Assembly: GCF_011745625.1 (NCBI RefSeq)
Contig: NW_027191494.1
Span: forward strand, 124,001 to 158,346
DNA: 34,346 nt
Direction: 5' to 3'
Source: Cladosporium halotolerans
Lineage: Eukaryota
Shown: one piece after another, positions 19,415 through 30,386 of the stretch
Layout: each line of letters starts with the position of its first letter
Numbering within the stretch: position 1 is the stretch's first letter
The notes under the pieces: generated by a model
Seen by the model: only the letters and a program-made list of their open reading frames with translations
Database searches by the model: none
Told to the model about the DNA's origin: nothing
Program-made: the position numbers and the translations under genes

Positions 19415-21244
19415 TCAAATCATGGGCGCTGCCGCGCCATCACCTCTCTGATCGCTACCCGCGCTCCACATGCCCGTGCCGTCTACCGGGTCAACGTGCC
19501 ATCTGATCAATTGACCGCGGCCGAAAAGCTTCCTCTCATTCCCCTCCAAGACGACAGCGTTGTGACCAAGCTTCTTCAGGCCTTCGACTGTGCTCTTAGG
19601 CATACCCTCTTCGAGGTACACGGTCTTGTCAAAGACGTCGCCCGCGTCGGGCATGCCAGCTCCGATGCACACTCTGGGCGCGTCGAGTGATGCTTGAGGC
19701 GTAAGGTTGAAGATGAGCTGGTTGAGCAGGACCTGTACATGGCCCTGCGGCTGCATGAAGCCGCCCATGACACCATAGACACTGTGCAGACTCTGATCGC
19801 TTACGTTCGTCACTAGTGCAGGGATGATGGTGTGGTATGGTCTCTTGTTGGGCGCAAGCAGGTTGGGGTGGTCTGCTGGACCGAGAGCGAAGTTTGCACC
19901 GCGGTTCTGGAGAGTGAAGCCACAGCCTTTGGGGACAATGCATGTGCCAAAGCCTCCATAGTTGCTGTTGATGAAGCTGATGCCGTTGCCTTCGCTGTCA
20001 GTCACGGCAAAGTAGACAGTGTCGCTATGCTGGTGCGCAGGAGATCCATACTCGACCAGGTCGCTGGCCTTGTTTGGGTTGAAGAGCTTCGCACGTTCGG
20101 CGAGATATGCGGGATCGAGCATGCCCTTGGTTGGCACTTTGGATACTTTAGGGTCTGCGATCCACCAGTTTGCATCGGCGAAAGCGATGCGGAGAACTTC
20201 GATCACGGCGTGCAAGTAGGCTGCCGAGTTGTGGTGTTCGGGCTTGAATACAGGAACCTGGCCGGCCTTCTCAAGCTCTTGCAAGATCCCCAGAGCCATC
20301 AATGCAACGATTCCTTGACCGTTAGGAGGATGCTCCCAGATCTCAACGCCTTCTGAGGACTTGTCGTGCATGTGCTCGCCGTGAAGCTTGTTCGCATTCT
20401 GACCGTAGAACTTTAGACTGATGGGGTCGGTATCCTCGCTCCCAAGGTCTGCGTGCTGCTTCATGTCTTCAAGAGTCAAGTGGCCGCCGAGGTCTTGCAC
20501 AACCCTGACCAACTCTTCGGCGATTCGACCTGTGTAGAAGCCTTTCTTTCCCTCCTTCCCCAGAGTCCTGAAGGTGTTTGCCAGAGTCGGATTCTTCATC
20601 ATCTCGCCCGCTCGAGGTGGCCTGCAGCCATCTTTACCCGCAGGATCCTTCTTGAGGATCTCGGCACCGTTGGGAGATGCCCGGCGAATCAAGCTCTCTG
20701 AGCCTGCCCAAAGAGAAGCAGAGATCTCGCTAACAGGAAAGCCTTCCTCTCCCAGTCGCGCCGCAGGCTCAAGGACCTCCTCAAGAGTGACCTTCCCACT
20801 GCCGAATCGTTCCACGGTATCTGCCCATCCAGCGGCCGCTCCAGGAACAGTGACAGCCAGCACACTGTCCATGGGAATCTTGCCCACCTCGCCGTCTTTC
20901 AGACCCAAGCTCTTTCGGACCGCTTCGAGTGTGGACTTTCCTCCTGCCCTTCCGCTACCATTCAACGAGCTTACCTTCTTGGTCTTTGCATCGTAGAACA
21001 GGCAGAACATGTCACCTCCAATTCCCGTGTTGCCAGGCTCGGTGATGTTGAGCCCAGCAGCCACGGCAACGGCAGCATCTGCGCAGTTGCCGCCTCTGCG
21101 GAGGACTTCAAGGCCGCAGGCATTGGCAAGAGGTTGTGTTGACGATACGATGCCTTTTGCAGAGTGGACTGTTGAGCGTCTTGAGTTGAAGTAGGAGAAT
21201 TGGTGATCGTTGGCGGGAAAGACGGAAGAAGAGTGGAGAGGCAT
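19415..21244 (-). CDS. Gamma-glutamyltranspeptidase-family Ntn hydrolase (YwrD/HpxW/LmrA-like), 609 aa
   Basis: GGNCADAAVA, EPGNTGIGGDMF, VTVPGAAAGW, EHPPNGQG, autocleavage Thr in HSDTVYF, LQNRG, KRPYHTIIP, GVMGGFMQPQGH and GSDQRGDG. Intronless; ATG at 21244. Confidence 0.93.
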   Translation of the reverse strand: MPLHSSSVFPANDHQFSYFNSRRSTVHSAKGIVSSTQPLANACGLEVLRRGGNCADAAVAVAAGLNITEPGNTGIGGDMFCLFYDAKTKKVSSLNGSGRAGGKSTLEAVRKSLGLKDGEVGKIPMDSVLAVTVPGAAAGWADTVERFGSGKVTLEEVLEPAARLGEEGFPVSEISASLWAGSESLIRRASPNGAEILKKDPAGKDGCRPPRAGEMMKNPTLANTFRTLGKEGKKGFYTGRIAEELVRVVQDLGGHLTLEDMKQHADLGSEDTDPISLKFYGQNANKLHGEHMHDKSSEGVEIWEHPPNGQGIVALMALGILQELEKAGQVPVFKPEHHNSAAYLHAVIEVLRIAFADANWWIADPKVSKVPTKGMLDPAYLAERAKLFNPNKASDLVEYGSPAHQHSDTVYFAVTDSEGNGISFINSNYGGFGTCIVPKGCGFTLQNRGANFALGPADHPNLLAPNKRPYHTIIPALVTNVSDQSLHSVYGVMGGFMQPQGHVQVLLNQLIFNLTPQASLDAPRVCIGAGMPDAGDVFDKTVYLEEGMPKSTVEGLKKLGHNAVVLEGNERKLFGRGQLIRWHVDPVDGTGMWSAGSDQRGDGAAAPMI

Positions 21245-21985
21245 TGTTGCGTGGAGTTCCTGCACGCAGCAGTCTGTGTTCGCTTTGGACAGCACAAACG
21301 GGCGATGAGTTCGATAATGAAGTATGTAGAAAGCGTGTGGAGCAACTAGCACTGTGACTTATCAATACTGCTATCTCACCAAAGGCCAAGGGTATGATAG
21401 AGATATATAGGGAGGGTATGTCGGATAGCAATGAAACGCGTGCGGGTATTGCGGGCGCGAGCTTTACCGTGGTATCTCTTAGAGAGCTGCGTCGGTTACG
21501 TACATGGCTATCACGTCGGACACAGAGGGCGTGAGGGGAGAGCGGGCAGATCTGGCAATCAGCGAGTGCCGCGGCCTGGGGATCTCCACACCAAACATCC
21601 CACCTGCCTCTTCGGTCCGCCGACTTCGGTTGAGCGGCCTCGGCTTTTGAATCGAAGGACTCCATATATTCCTCGGAAGTACTACCTTCATTTTAATCTT
21701 ATGATCAATTGATGTTTCCAAAGGGGGGTTGCAGTCGCAATCAATGGTCAGCTTGTGATCCCAATCACTCGTGTCACAGCAACAAAGCCGCTTGTTTTGT
21801 GCAAGTTGGCGGCTAACGTGCATATGCGATTGTTTCCTTGATGTTGTAAATGAGTTACTTCGTAGATTTGAAAGTACTATCAAAATCCGAACGCCTCTAA
21901 CAATGTTTTTTGTCGCTCCTTCGGGCGTGAAATTAGGGCACACACAAGGGGTACGGGGTTTGCCTTGCAAATATCTACGACACGC

Positions 21986-24309
21986 TCAACCGCGTCGAAG
22001 AAATAGAGCGTCGACTGTGTGTCTACCCTGGTCTAACCATTCTTCAAGCTCCTGGTTTGACTTGAGTTCTTCCCGATCGGTGTTGTGTCTTGCTCTTAAG
22101 TGATCGTCAAATGCATCGCCCGTTAATGCAAATTCCTGGAGATCGACAGAGCATTCGTCCACCGTGCAGATGAGTTTGTTTCCCAACTGGACCCGCGTGA
22201 AGTGCCCGTGGCTCTCGAAAGCGTGGCGTCGTAGTAACTCGCGGGACTCGAAATCTGGCGATTGGCAACGCCTGGATGGGCAAGTGTAATAAGTCTGAGT
22301 AGCATAGCTCTCCCACCGCTCTGTGACGGCGCGGTTTCTTCGCATACGCACGAGCTCTTTGGCGCAGTTGTGCAGCCGCTCTTGGATGTCTGAGCCCTCC
22401 AAGTAGGTCTTTGTTGCCTCACGGATCCGGTCTAGAGTCTCGACTCCGTCTGGTGATCGGGGGTTGTCACCCAAAATCCATTCGTCCATCTTGATGTTGG
22501 ATATTCCGCCGACATTGAATCTGAAGTACATCGGAATGGTACTATCACGAGCAATCCTTTCGCGTAAAAGATCTTCGTGGAGCTTTCTGTGTGCCATCTC
22601 GGAGTCCGTTATATCTCCGATGAACCTCTTTGCTAGGTTGAACAAGCCTCGTATGTTTCTGAAGAGGTTGGACTTTGGCCTCCCAATATATGCTTGATGA
22701 CGATCCTGTTCATCGTCAGGTTTGGAGCCTGTGCCGATAGACACAACAAGCTCAGGCGATGTCCCATACAGTTGGCGAATATCCCGGAACATGTCCGGTG
22801 CTGGATTGTTGGCTGCAAGACCGCCGTCCCAGTAGACAGTATTCTCGATCTTTTGACCTGGAAAGTAGCCTGGTGCTGCAGAAGTCGCCCGTGCAACTTT
22901 CCATATTTTTGCCAGAGATGCAGGCCCGTCATTGAGCCGGATTTCGGAAAGAATGTCACTAGATGACGTTCTTTGGCCGTTAGTGGACTGCTTCGATGTC
23001 TTTGGGCGGGCAAAATGATCGTAACTACGAAAAATGTATGGCGACTTGTGGGTGGTAGTCTCGCTCAAAGAGAATACAGCTCTGTGTTGGGGATCAGCAA
23101 ACGCGCGTAGCAAGATCAACGCAGAGAGTGATCCCATACGTATGGCATGCACACTTGTTCTCGTTCCTCATCCTGATGTTTGAGACATCTATGCTCCCTT
23201 TCTGCTCATGTGGGATTCCATTGCGAAGAACTTTCAGCAGAGCCGTTTCCATGAGCTCTGCAGGGTATCTGGGCCGCAAAAAGCCTCCTCCCGTTGCCTT
23301 CGGCCGCGGAGTTGCGAAGACATCATTGCCGACCACCTTGTATTGATCCAGAGCAGTGTCGATGTCCATCTTCATTCTTGAAAGCATCAAGGCGCTCAAA
23401 CTTACGTTGTAAGTATAGTTCCAGTTGAAAGAGAATGTCATGTTAGCTTACCCGCCGGTACTCGTACCCCCTACGAAATCAAAGTAATGATGGATCCGAA
23501 AGTTCGACAGATCTTCCCTTTCTGTTTCATCGGGAGATATTCCATCGGGCTGCTGGAGAGGATTCTGTTCTCTGTGAGAAACACATGTCTGTGACGATCT
23601 CTCGGATCGGCTACGCGTTTCTACGGGCTCAGCCTGGAGATGGCCATTCAAGGCTGCAGGGTGGATTGTCTGCTCGTTACTCGAAGCAGAGACGGTTGCG
23701 TTGGTGTGAGGCCCACGATACCAGGGGTAATCGGCGCTGGTCATTGCCTGCGCGGTGTCAGTATTGTAAGAGATACGTTTCAGGCAAAGCCTGGGTGTCA
23801 CAGTGGGCATCAACAACTAATGTATATGAACCAGTCCCCCATCAAAGATCGAATCAAAAATAAGCCACATATGACGAACAGTCGTCAAACTCACCTGTTC
23901 CCATTCGTGTCTTCCAAAGAGGGGCAAATCTCCATTTTCGTATTTGGCAATTATCGAAAGCAGCTCGCGAAGTACAAGAAGAGAACTGTAACCGCGAACG
24001 CCTCCACCATCTGTTCGTTGTCAGTATTTGGTTTAGCAAGCAATACATCACATTACAGAGCGTACCGAGCGCGAGAATGTACTTTCGCGACCACGGACTG
24101 TGGCTTGCAGTGTCTGAGTTGCTTCCTGGAAAACGCCTGGGGTATCGAAGATCGGTTGCACTCCTAGATGCCTCTGCTGATCCATGATTCTCTGCCGAAC
24201 GAGCGACCACCGATGACGATTCGGCTTGTATCCCATCTTCTGAAACTACCGGTGGTTGCGTTGCAGCCACTGGATTAGGACAGGCTGGATCATGAGAGCC
24301 AACTGTCAT
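21986..24309 (-). CDS. Patatin-like phospholipase with C-terminal C2H2-like zinc fingers; model complement(join(21986..23081,23140..23400,23452..23747,23895..24010,24066..24309)), 670 aa
   Basis: Splicing restores ILALDGGGVRG (oxyanion hole), YFDFVGGTSTGGL (catalytic Ser), ARATSAAPGYF and YWDGG (catalytic Asp). Four GT-AG introns; total 2013 nt in frame. Confidence 0.88.
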
Positions 24310-26877
24310 CTTGGGAGAAGTGAGTTGTGGCGCGATGGAACGACAATCGAAAAAAGATCACAGGTTGCTGAACGTCAACAACAAACGTCCAATGTCAGAC
24401 CTGCATCTTTAGACGAATAGGCAGTTATAAGGGGCGACAAGATTGCAAGTTGCTGAACATACACACGATCAATGTTGCGACAGAGAGACCAGGCTGAAGT
24501 ATGGCGTACATCACGAACGCATGAGACGACATTCTCGCAGCGGTGGCTGCAACTCAGCGCTTCCCAAGGGCGCAGTTCTGGACCACCTTTGGAGTACTCT
24601 GCAATCTAAAGGCGGCGTTCTTCGCGTACTCACCCAGAAATCGATGAGGTGCATATCGGATTGTGACCATGGATTTCTTGCCGTCCCTGTTTTGTCCAAT
24701 TATCGCGTACGAGAATGCAGCCTCGCGGGAACTGCATCTTGAACTTTTTACGGCTTGCGTTCTGCCGCCCATGCGCACGCCACCTTATGCAGCTGGGCTG
24801 AGATGCCTTTTCAGGCAGGTGGCTGTCGTCAGCGCTTGCTCAGCTCATGATCAGTGTCTGTGATTTTAGCCATCAGGAATCCGCATGTGATGAACTTTGG
24901 ATTGTCCGGGTCTGGGCAGCCAGGTCAAAAGTCCGCTTCTATCGCTCTCTTCCGTTCACCTTTTCGAGGGAGGCCAGAATCCAGTGAAGGGGCATGAAGA
25001 CTGCATTCCTCCTGTCCCGAGCTGCAAGACAAGGGTTGCTCGGATAAGCTGCGTTGTCGCGAGGTGGTCATCGCTCAGCCTCGCGGCTTTGACTGCGCAG
25101 CCGCTCGAAAATCGCGCCAGGCAGTCCGGCAAAAATCAAATACCATCAAGGCCGCAAAATTGTGCAATTTCCTCGATGACTGACAACAAAACCTCAAGGC
25201 TGTGGTCGCACCAATACAAGCCACACGGTCAGACGGAACAACACAGCGGCAGCCTTGCATCCATGAACAGCTGATTGGCCTAAGCTTCGCTTATTGCTGC
25301 ACCATGTGCCATGGATCTCATATAGTCATATGCACTGTGTAATCTTGGATAGCAGGCTGAGCGAGGCTGCGGTCGGTCCCCAGCCTTTCGAAAAAGCTGT
25401 CTCCTTCGCCACTCCAAAATGCCTTGTATAAGACTCAGATTAACCAGAAGCCGCAGAAGAGAGCCACAAGCATTACCCAGATACTCCAACGAAGACATGC
25501 GCAAATCTTATACACAGTCCAGCGATGGCTCCGCGTGTAGTCGGAAGGCTTCCAAATCAGGGCACGGTCGGCAGTCTTTCGTCTTCAGCCTGGCAGACCA
25601 GAAACTTTCACTCGTTGATAATGAGCGTGCAGACAAGCTCGATCAAAGTAGGATCAGTCTCCACAAGCTTCTTGCAAGCCAGCACTGACTAGTATCTAGA
25701 ACCCATCAAGAACGAGAAGATAACGCGCAAGCCGTGGATACTCTCGCAGCATCTAGACCTGTACGAAGGACCGAGGGAGGAGACTCACGGAGCATACTCG
25801 TACCCGATCGATATCCGATTGAGCGGTATCTTGTCGCTGCTGTGGTTCAAGAGAATATTCGGCAGAATCGATGAGGTGAGGGTGTACAACGGCCCACTCA
25901 CTGAAATTTGAGTATTATGAAGAGTCGAGATCCTGGCGGTTTCATGGATGACCAGATGGTGTAGCCAGGATGAATTGTCTCGCGGATTCGGTCTGGTGTG
26001 CTGGTCGATGTGTGTTTTGGCAGACGGCGGCGGGAGAAGAGCACATGTTGGTGTAGCGTCCGGGCGGCGGGGCGCATCTTCTATGCTTGCCCAAAGGAAC
26101 CTCAGATATCATACCATAGTTCCTCACAGATTGAGGTATCGGAGTGTCTTACTAGACATCATGTTGAGTCCAGAATTTGTGGAGAGATCCGTTCAAGAGT
26201 GGTGGCCGACCTCATGCAAAAGCCCTCGGTGTAGACCAAATGGGTCTTGGCTTTAGCGGTGAGAATGATTCCTCTAGAGAAAAGGCTTCGCATCAGTTGC
26301 AGTGTCAAAAAGCTCTGCTTCGCATTTCACTCATCAGTAGGCCGTTCAGCGGAGCTGCCACCAGGGTCGGTGTTACTGCCGCTTGATGAACCGTTTCGCT
26401 GTCCGTTCTGGCAACCTCTGTCAAAGAACATTCACAAGAGCATGGAAGATTGCATGCATTATGCGATTCTTGAAGGAGTCTCACAATCTGTAATGACTGC
26501 AGTCAAAAGACGGGAGGTGGGAGGAAGGATAGGAGGAGCAAGTTGGAGGGATAAAGATTGAGAGCGTCACGCACGGGCAGCGGGCAGGCGCAGCAGCGGT
26601 GACCGGCGCAGGAGTCAGGTCCGCTGGCTGAGCAGGCACGTCATTTGCTGGCGCGAAGACAGGCCGCCTTTCAGAACGATGCCTTTGTCACACTGTCGAT
26701 ACTAATTTTCTTGTATATAATTGAAGCTTGAGAGATTGAATTCCACATCGTGTATAATTGACAAGAGATTTCATTACTCTATTACAACATGTAGACAGTC
26801 CGAATCTACTCACGAATGGCCTCTGATGAAAAGAAGAGGCCCTCAAGTCACGGGTATTCCTTCCCTTGAGTCCCCAA

Positions 26878-29019
26878 TCACTGAGAAAAATCACCGAAAT
26901 GGTCATCGGGTGCATTACGAAAGTCCGTAATGAGCTTGTCCCAAAACATCCAGTCCGAAGAGTCAAACGTAAAATCGTTTTCCAACCCAAGGTCCATCCC
27001 ATACGCGTTTTGCTCCAAAGAACTAAAATCACCTCTCGGTGAGGGTTCCGCGGGAGTAGCACTTTCCGTGCCTTCAACCGCGGTTGTGCTTTTGCCTGCT
27101 GGTCTCCGTCGCTTTCCCTCACATTTAGCGTAGACTTTCCGCAGATCTTCGATGAAGAATGGCTCGCCGGCCATGGCGAATGCTGGAGGATTAGCGTTCC
27201 AGGCTTTGAGAGTGATACGCGCTACTGCTGCTACGAGCATGCGGTTGCGCTCGAAGATCTCTGCATGGTTGTGGTAAACCGTTTCGATACGACGCCATGC
27301 ATCTTCTAGCTCGGTGGGTGCAAGCAAGCCTCGCTTTGTCATGCTGATGAGCATGCAGATCAGCGCATCCCATTGGAAGAAAGCCTTGATGTGCCACATG
27401 AAGCGCTTTAGGCTTGGATTAGCGTGCGAGGCGCTGTCTGTATCGATGATCCTTGAAGCGAGTGTGCATGCTTCACGCCTGTCTTCGTCGGTTGCTGTCT
27501 CGTTTCGAAGGATTGGTAGTTTCATGCGCAGGCGCGCTGCGTTTGCTGCAGAGCGAACCATGCCCAATAACAATGTGTGGATAGGGTTGAGGATGTCGCA
27601 GTAGCGTAAGTATTTCGTCTCGATTATGCCTTCCATCTCATCGACCATTTCTGGACAGTTTTTGTCGCAGCCATGCCACGAAAATGACTTGTAAAGCGGA
27701 GGCAGCTTCTTGCCATCAAAGGACTTCATGTACCAGGCTCCCATCTCGGCTCTAGCAAGGAAGAATATCATCTCCGTCGCGCCCTTCTGCTCTTCTGGCT
27801 TCTGTGTCATCCCGGGCCATATCTGGTCGTCATTGATATTGAGCGGCTGCTTGGAGTCCCAGGAACCTGGATCAACGGTGATACCTGTGCCTGAAATATG
27901 ACTGGCATAGCCGTCTAAAGGTATCAGCTGGTAGAAAATTCGGCGTCGCACCTCCACTTCAAAAGGCGGGAGCCCGAGAGCTTCCCCGTCTCGATGGAGT
28001 CCCATGCGTTGTGCTATGCGCACGGCGGAACCAGTGAGCATCCAGAGAGTGTGTGGGTCATTTTGATGCCTTGAGGACAGAAGGTAAAGGAGGAATGCTT
28101 GCAACACTGGAGTTTGCGTGGTTTTCAGGAATGCAGCGTTGACCAAAGCCTGCTTGAGCGCGTTGTGGTATCGAGCCCGAAGGCTGGCCCGCGACTGGTT
28201 GAACATCTTCTGGCAATCTTCATCATCCATCGATACGATCGCAAAGTGGTATATGGCAAAAAGAAGGCACTCGTCTGATTTCGACGCGAAGTGAGGGTGA
28301 GCAGATGTTGCCTCTATCATCGACGAAACTGTTGGAACATGCAGGACCTTACAAATCGGCTCGACGTTTTGCGTATGTATCCGCCAAAGCGTCATTGCAT
28401 CTGCCGCACTCGGATGACAATGGCGTAGAGTCCGAGTGGTACCCAAAAAGGCAGCTGAGAAAGGATCACAGCGCAGCAGATGCTCTTCGCTCACATTTCC
28501 GGTCACTTCCTCCTCCTCGTCATTTTCTGCTTCGTCAGCAAAGCGTGTCATTTCTTCTTCTCCAAGATTGCGCCATAGATTACTGTCGATGTATCGTGTG
28601 GTCCCGTCCCCAGAAACGAGTCTCCCGACGCGGCTTGCTTCGTTCCATTGAGTGGGCTGGGCTGCTGCCGTCTGAGCTTGTTCAGCATCTGGTCCACCAT
28701 TTTCTGGGCTCTCCGTCACGGCCAATAGGCCGTGTTGTTGAAGCATGCGCTCGTATCGGGCGAGCTTTTCGTTGGGACCAACACTCAGTCTGCGTTTGCG
28801 CTTTCGTGGCGGAGGCGCCTGGTAACTGCACTCCAACTTGCTTTTCGCGCAAGTCGAGCAAACGGGACTCAGTTTGTCGCATTTAACCTTCCTCCTAGTG
28901 CACGTCTGGCAAGCATATTGCATGCTTTCGGGTGCTATGGGTAATTTACTGTCCTTGCTAGTTGGCGCTGGGGCAATAGCGACTGGCCGCTCAGGCATTG
29001 ACATATTGCCCATGGTCAT
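26878..29019 (-). CDS. Zn(II)2Cys6 transcription factor with a fungal-specific TF domain
   Basis: ACQTCTRRKVKCDKLSPVCSTCAKSKLECSY, basic NLS-like RKRKRR, and MHR motif AVRIAQRMGLHRDG..PPFEVEVRRR. Several nearby ATGs; 29019 is the first. Confidence 0.93.
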   Translation of the reverse strand: MTMGNMSMPERPVAIAPAPTSKDSKLPIAPESMQYACQTCTRRKVKCDKLSPVCSTCAKSKLECSYQAPPPRKRKRRLSVGPNEKLARYERMLQQHGLLAVTESPENGGPDAEQAQTAAAQPTQWNEASRVGRLVSGDGTTRYIDSNLWRNLGEEEMTRFADEAENDEEEEVTGNVSEEHLLRCDPFSAAFLGTTRTLRHCHPSAADAMTLWRIHTQNVEPICKVLHVPTVSSMIEATSAHPHFASKSDECLLFAIYHFAIVSMDDEDCQKMFNQSRASLRARYHNALKQALVNAAFLKTTQTPVLQAFLLYLLSSRHQNDPHTLWMLTGSAVRIAQRMGLHRDGEALGLPPFEVEVRRRIFYQLIPLDGYASHISGTGITVDPGSWDSKQPLNINDDQIWPGMTQKPEEQKGATEMIFFLARAEMGAWYMKSFDGKKLPPLYKSFSWHGCDKNCPEMVDEMEGIIETKYLRYCDILNPIHTLLLGMVRSAANAARLRMKLPILRNETATDEDRREACTLASRIIDTDSASHANPSLKRFMWHIKAFFQWDALICMLISMTKRGLLAPTELEDAWRRIETVYHNHAEIFERNRMLVAAVARITLKAWNANPPAFAMAGEPFFIEDLRKVYAKCEGKRRRPAGKSTTAVEGTESATPAEPSPRGDFSSLEQNAYGMDLGLENDFTFDSSDWMFWDKLITDFRNAPDDHFGDFSQ

Positions 29020-29492
29020 TGTCGCCCAGAGGAACTTTGGCCAAAAATTAGAAGATTTTCTGGTGAGGCGAAATCTGGCGAACGAAGGTGTTGGCGCAGG
29101 ACCAGATCTGCGCCGGTGGGTCGAGTATAACAGATGGTGACAGGACGAAGGGACCCAGTCACCGATGCTTGAGTGAACCAAGCTTTCGTGACCCGAGTCT
29201 TGAACAGCGGAGCGGGGCACGTGGTTGGGCGTGGCCTCGAACGATGCCCAGCTGGATTCGGTTTACGAACGACAGTTGCAAAGATAGTACAGTGGCAACT
29301 GAAGAATAGCGCAATGGGCGTATGTGATATTTTGCAAATCTCAGGATCGGATTTTGGCATCGATTTGTCCACATTGTCATCTTTCCTGCACGCCAGAAGC
29401 CAGGGTCCCTGGTTCATGACGTTTACAACGAGCTCCAGCTCTAGAGCTCCCGTCACACCAATGTCAGTAAGGGAAACGCCTGTCAGATCGCA

Positions 29493-29498
29493 TATAAA
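29493..29498 (+). promoter_or_regulatory. Putative TATA box of the cupin gene
   Basis: TATAAA about 45 nt upstream of ATG 29541, followed by a CT-rich tract. Confidence 0.5.
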
Positions 29499-29540
29499 GA
29501 AGTGTACATTTCGCACTCCCTCTCTGGCACCTTGCCTACA

Positions 29541-30238
29541 ATGTTGTCCCTCCGCCTGTTTACTACGCAAACTCTCGGCCGAGCCTCACGATCGTACAAG
29601 CCCGCATTCCAATCCATCAGGCTCCTCTCCACCACACCAGTCCGCTACGGCAAAGATCCCGAAATGTCTGAAGCCCCACCCAAACACGAGATGGTGTACT
29701 TCCCCAAGCTCACTTCCGATGTGAGAGCTTTCGGGCAGTTCAGGAAAGTTCTTCACACGGGTTTGTACAGCCAACTAGTATCGATGGAGATCCCAGTCGG
29801 TGGGGACATTGGCGACGAAGTCCACACTGTCGATCAGGTCTTGATCTTCACCAGCGGAGAGGGCAAAGCGACTGTTGCCGGCAAGGACCAGGTAAATCCT
29901 TTGGCAGCATGTTGGCTCCATGGCGCATTCGTTGACATTTCTCTCAGGACGTCAAAGCATCCGATGTCGTTGTCGTGCCTGCCGGTACCCAGCACCAGTT
30001 CATCAACACATCGAAGACCCAGCCACTCGAGTTGGTGACTGTATACAGCCCTGCGGAGCACGACAGTCGCACGGTACACAAGACCAAGGAAGAGGGTGAT
30101 GAAGAGGAAGAGAGTGGCAAAGATGAGGCCCCAGAATGGAGCCAACAAAGCAAGGCCCACAATGAGAAGCACGAGCTCGTCAAGACCAGCGGCGGACCTT
30201 ATGCAAATGGAGATGACGGAAGGCACCAGAAGTCGTGA
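29541..30238 (+). CDS. Cupin-domain protein with a predicted mitochondrial presequence; model join(29541..29891,29948..30238), 213 aa
   Basis: Cupin motifs GGDIGDEVHTVDQVLIFTSGEG and VVVVPAGTQHQFIN, plus TVYSPAEH. One 56-nt GT-AG intron (29892-29947) joins the two ORFs. Confidence 0.9.
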
Positions 30239-30386
30239 AGCTTTAATGATGTTTGGGAAACTTGCACGATAAGATATGGCGAAGGCCTCAGCCTTCTGAA
30301 AAGGCAGGTGCGTCGATCTAGCAGAGTAATTAATTGTAGGAGCAAGGTTGAGGGTCTTGTAGGTAATTTTGTACAACGATGAGAAT

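Noticed and set aside
11734..30238. Possible secondary-metabolite cluster (TFs, MFS, cupin, GGT) with ILV5 as a self-resistance gene
   Set aside because: There is no PKS, NRPS, terpene synthase or other backbone gene. ILV5 looks like the housekeeping copy (presequence, codon bias, Gcn4 site), and DBP9 is adjacent.
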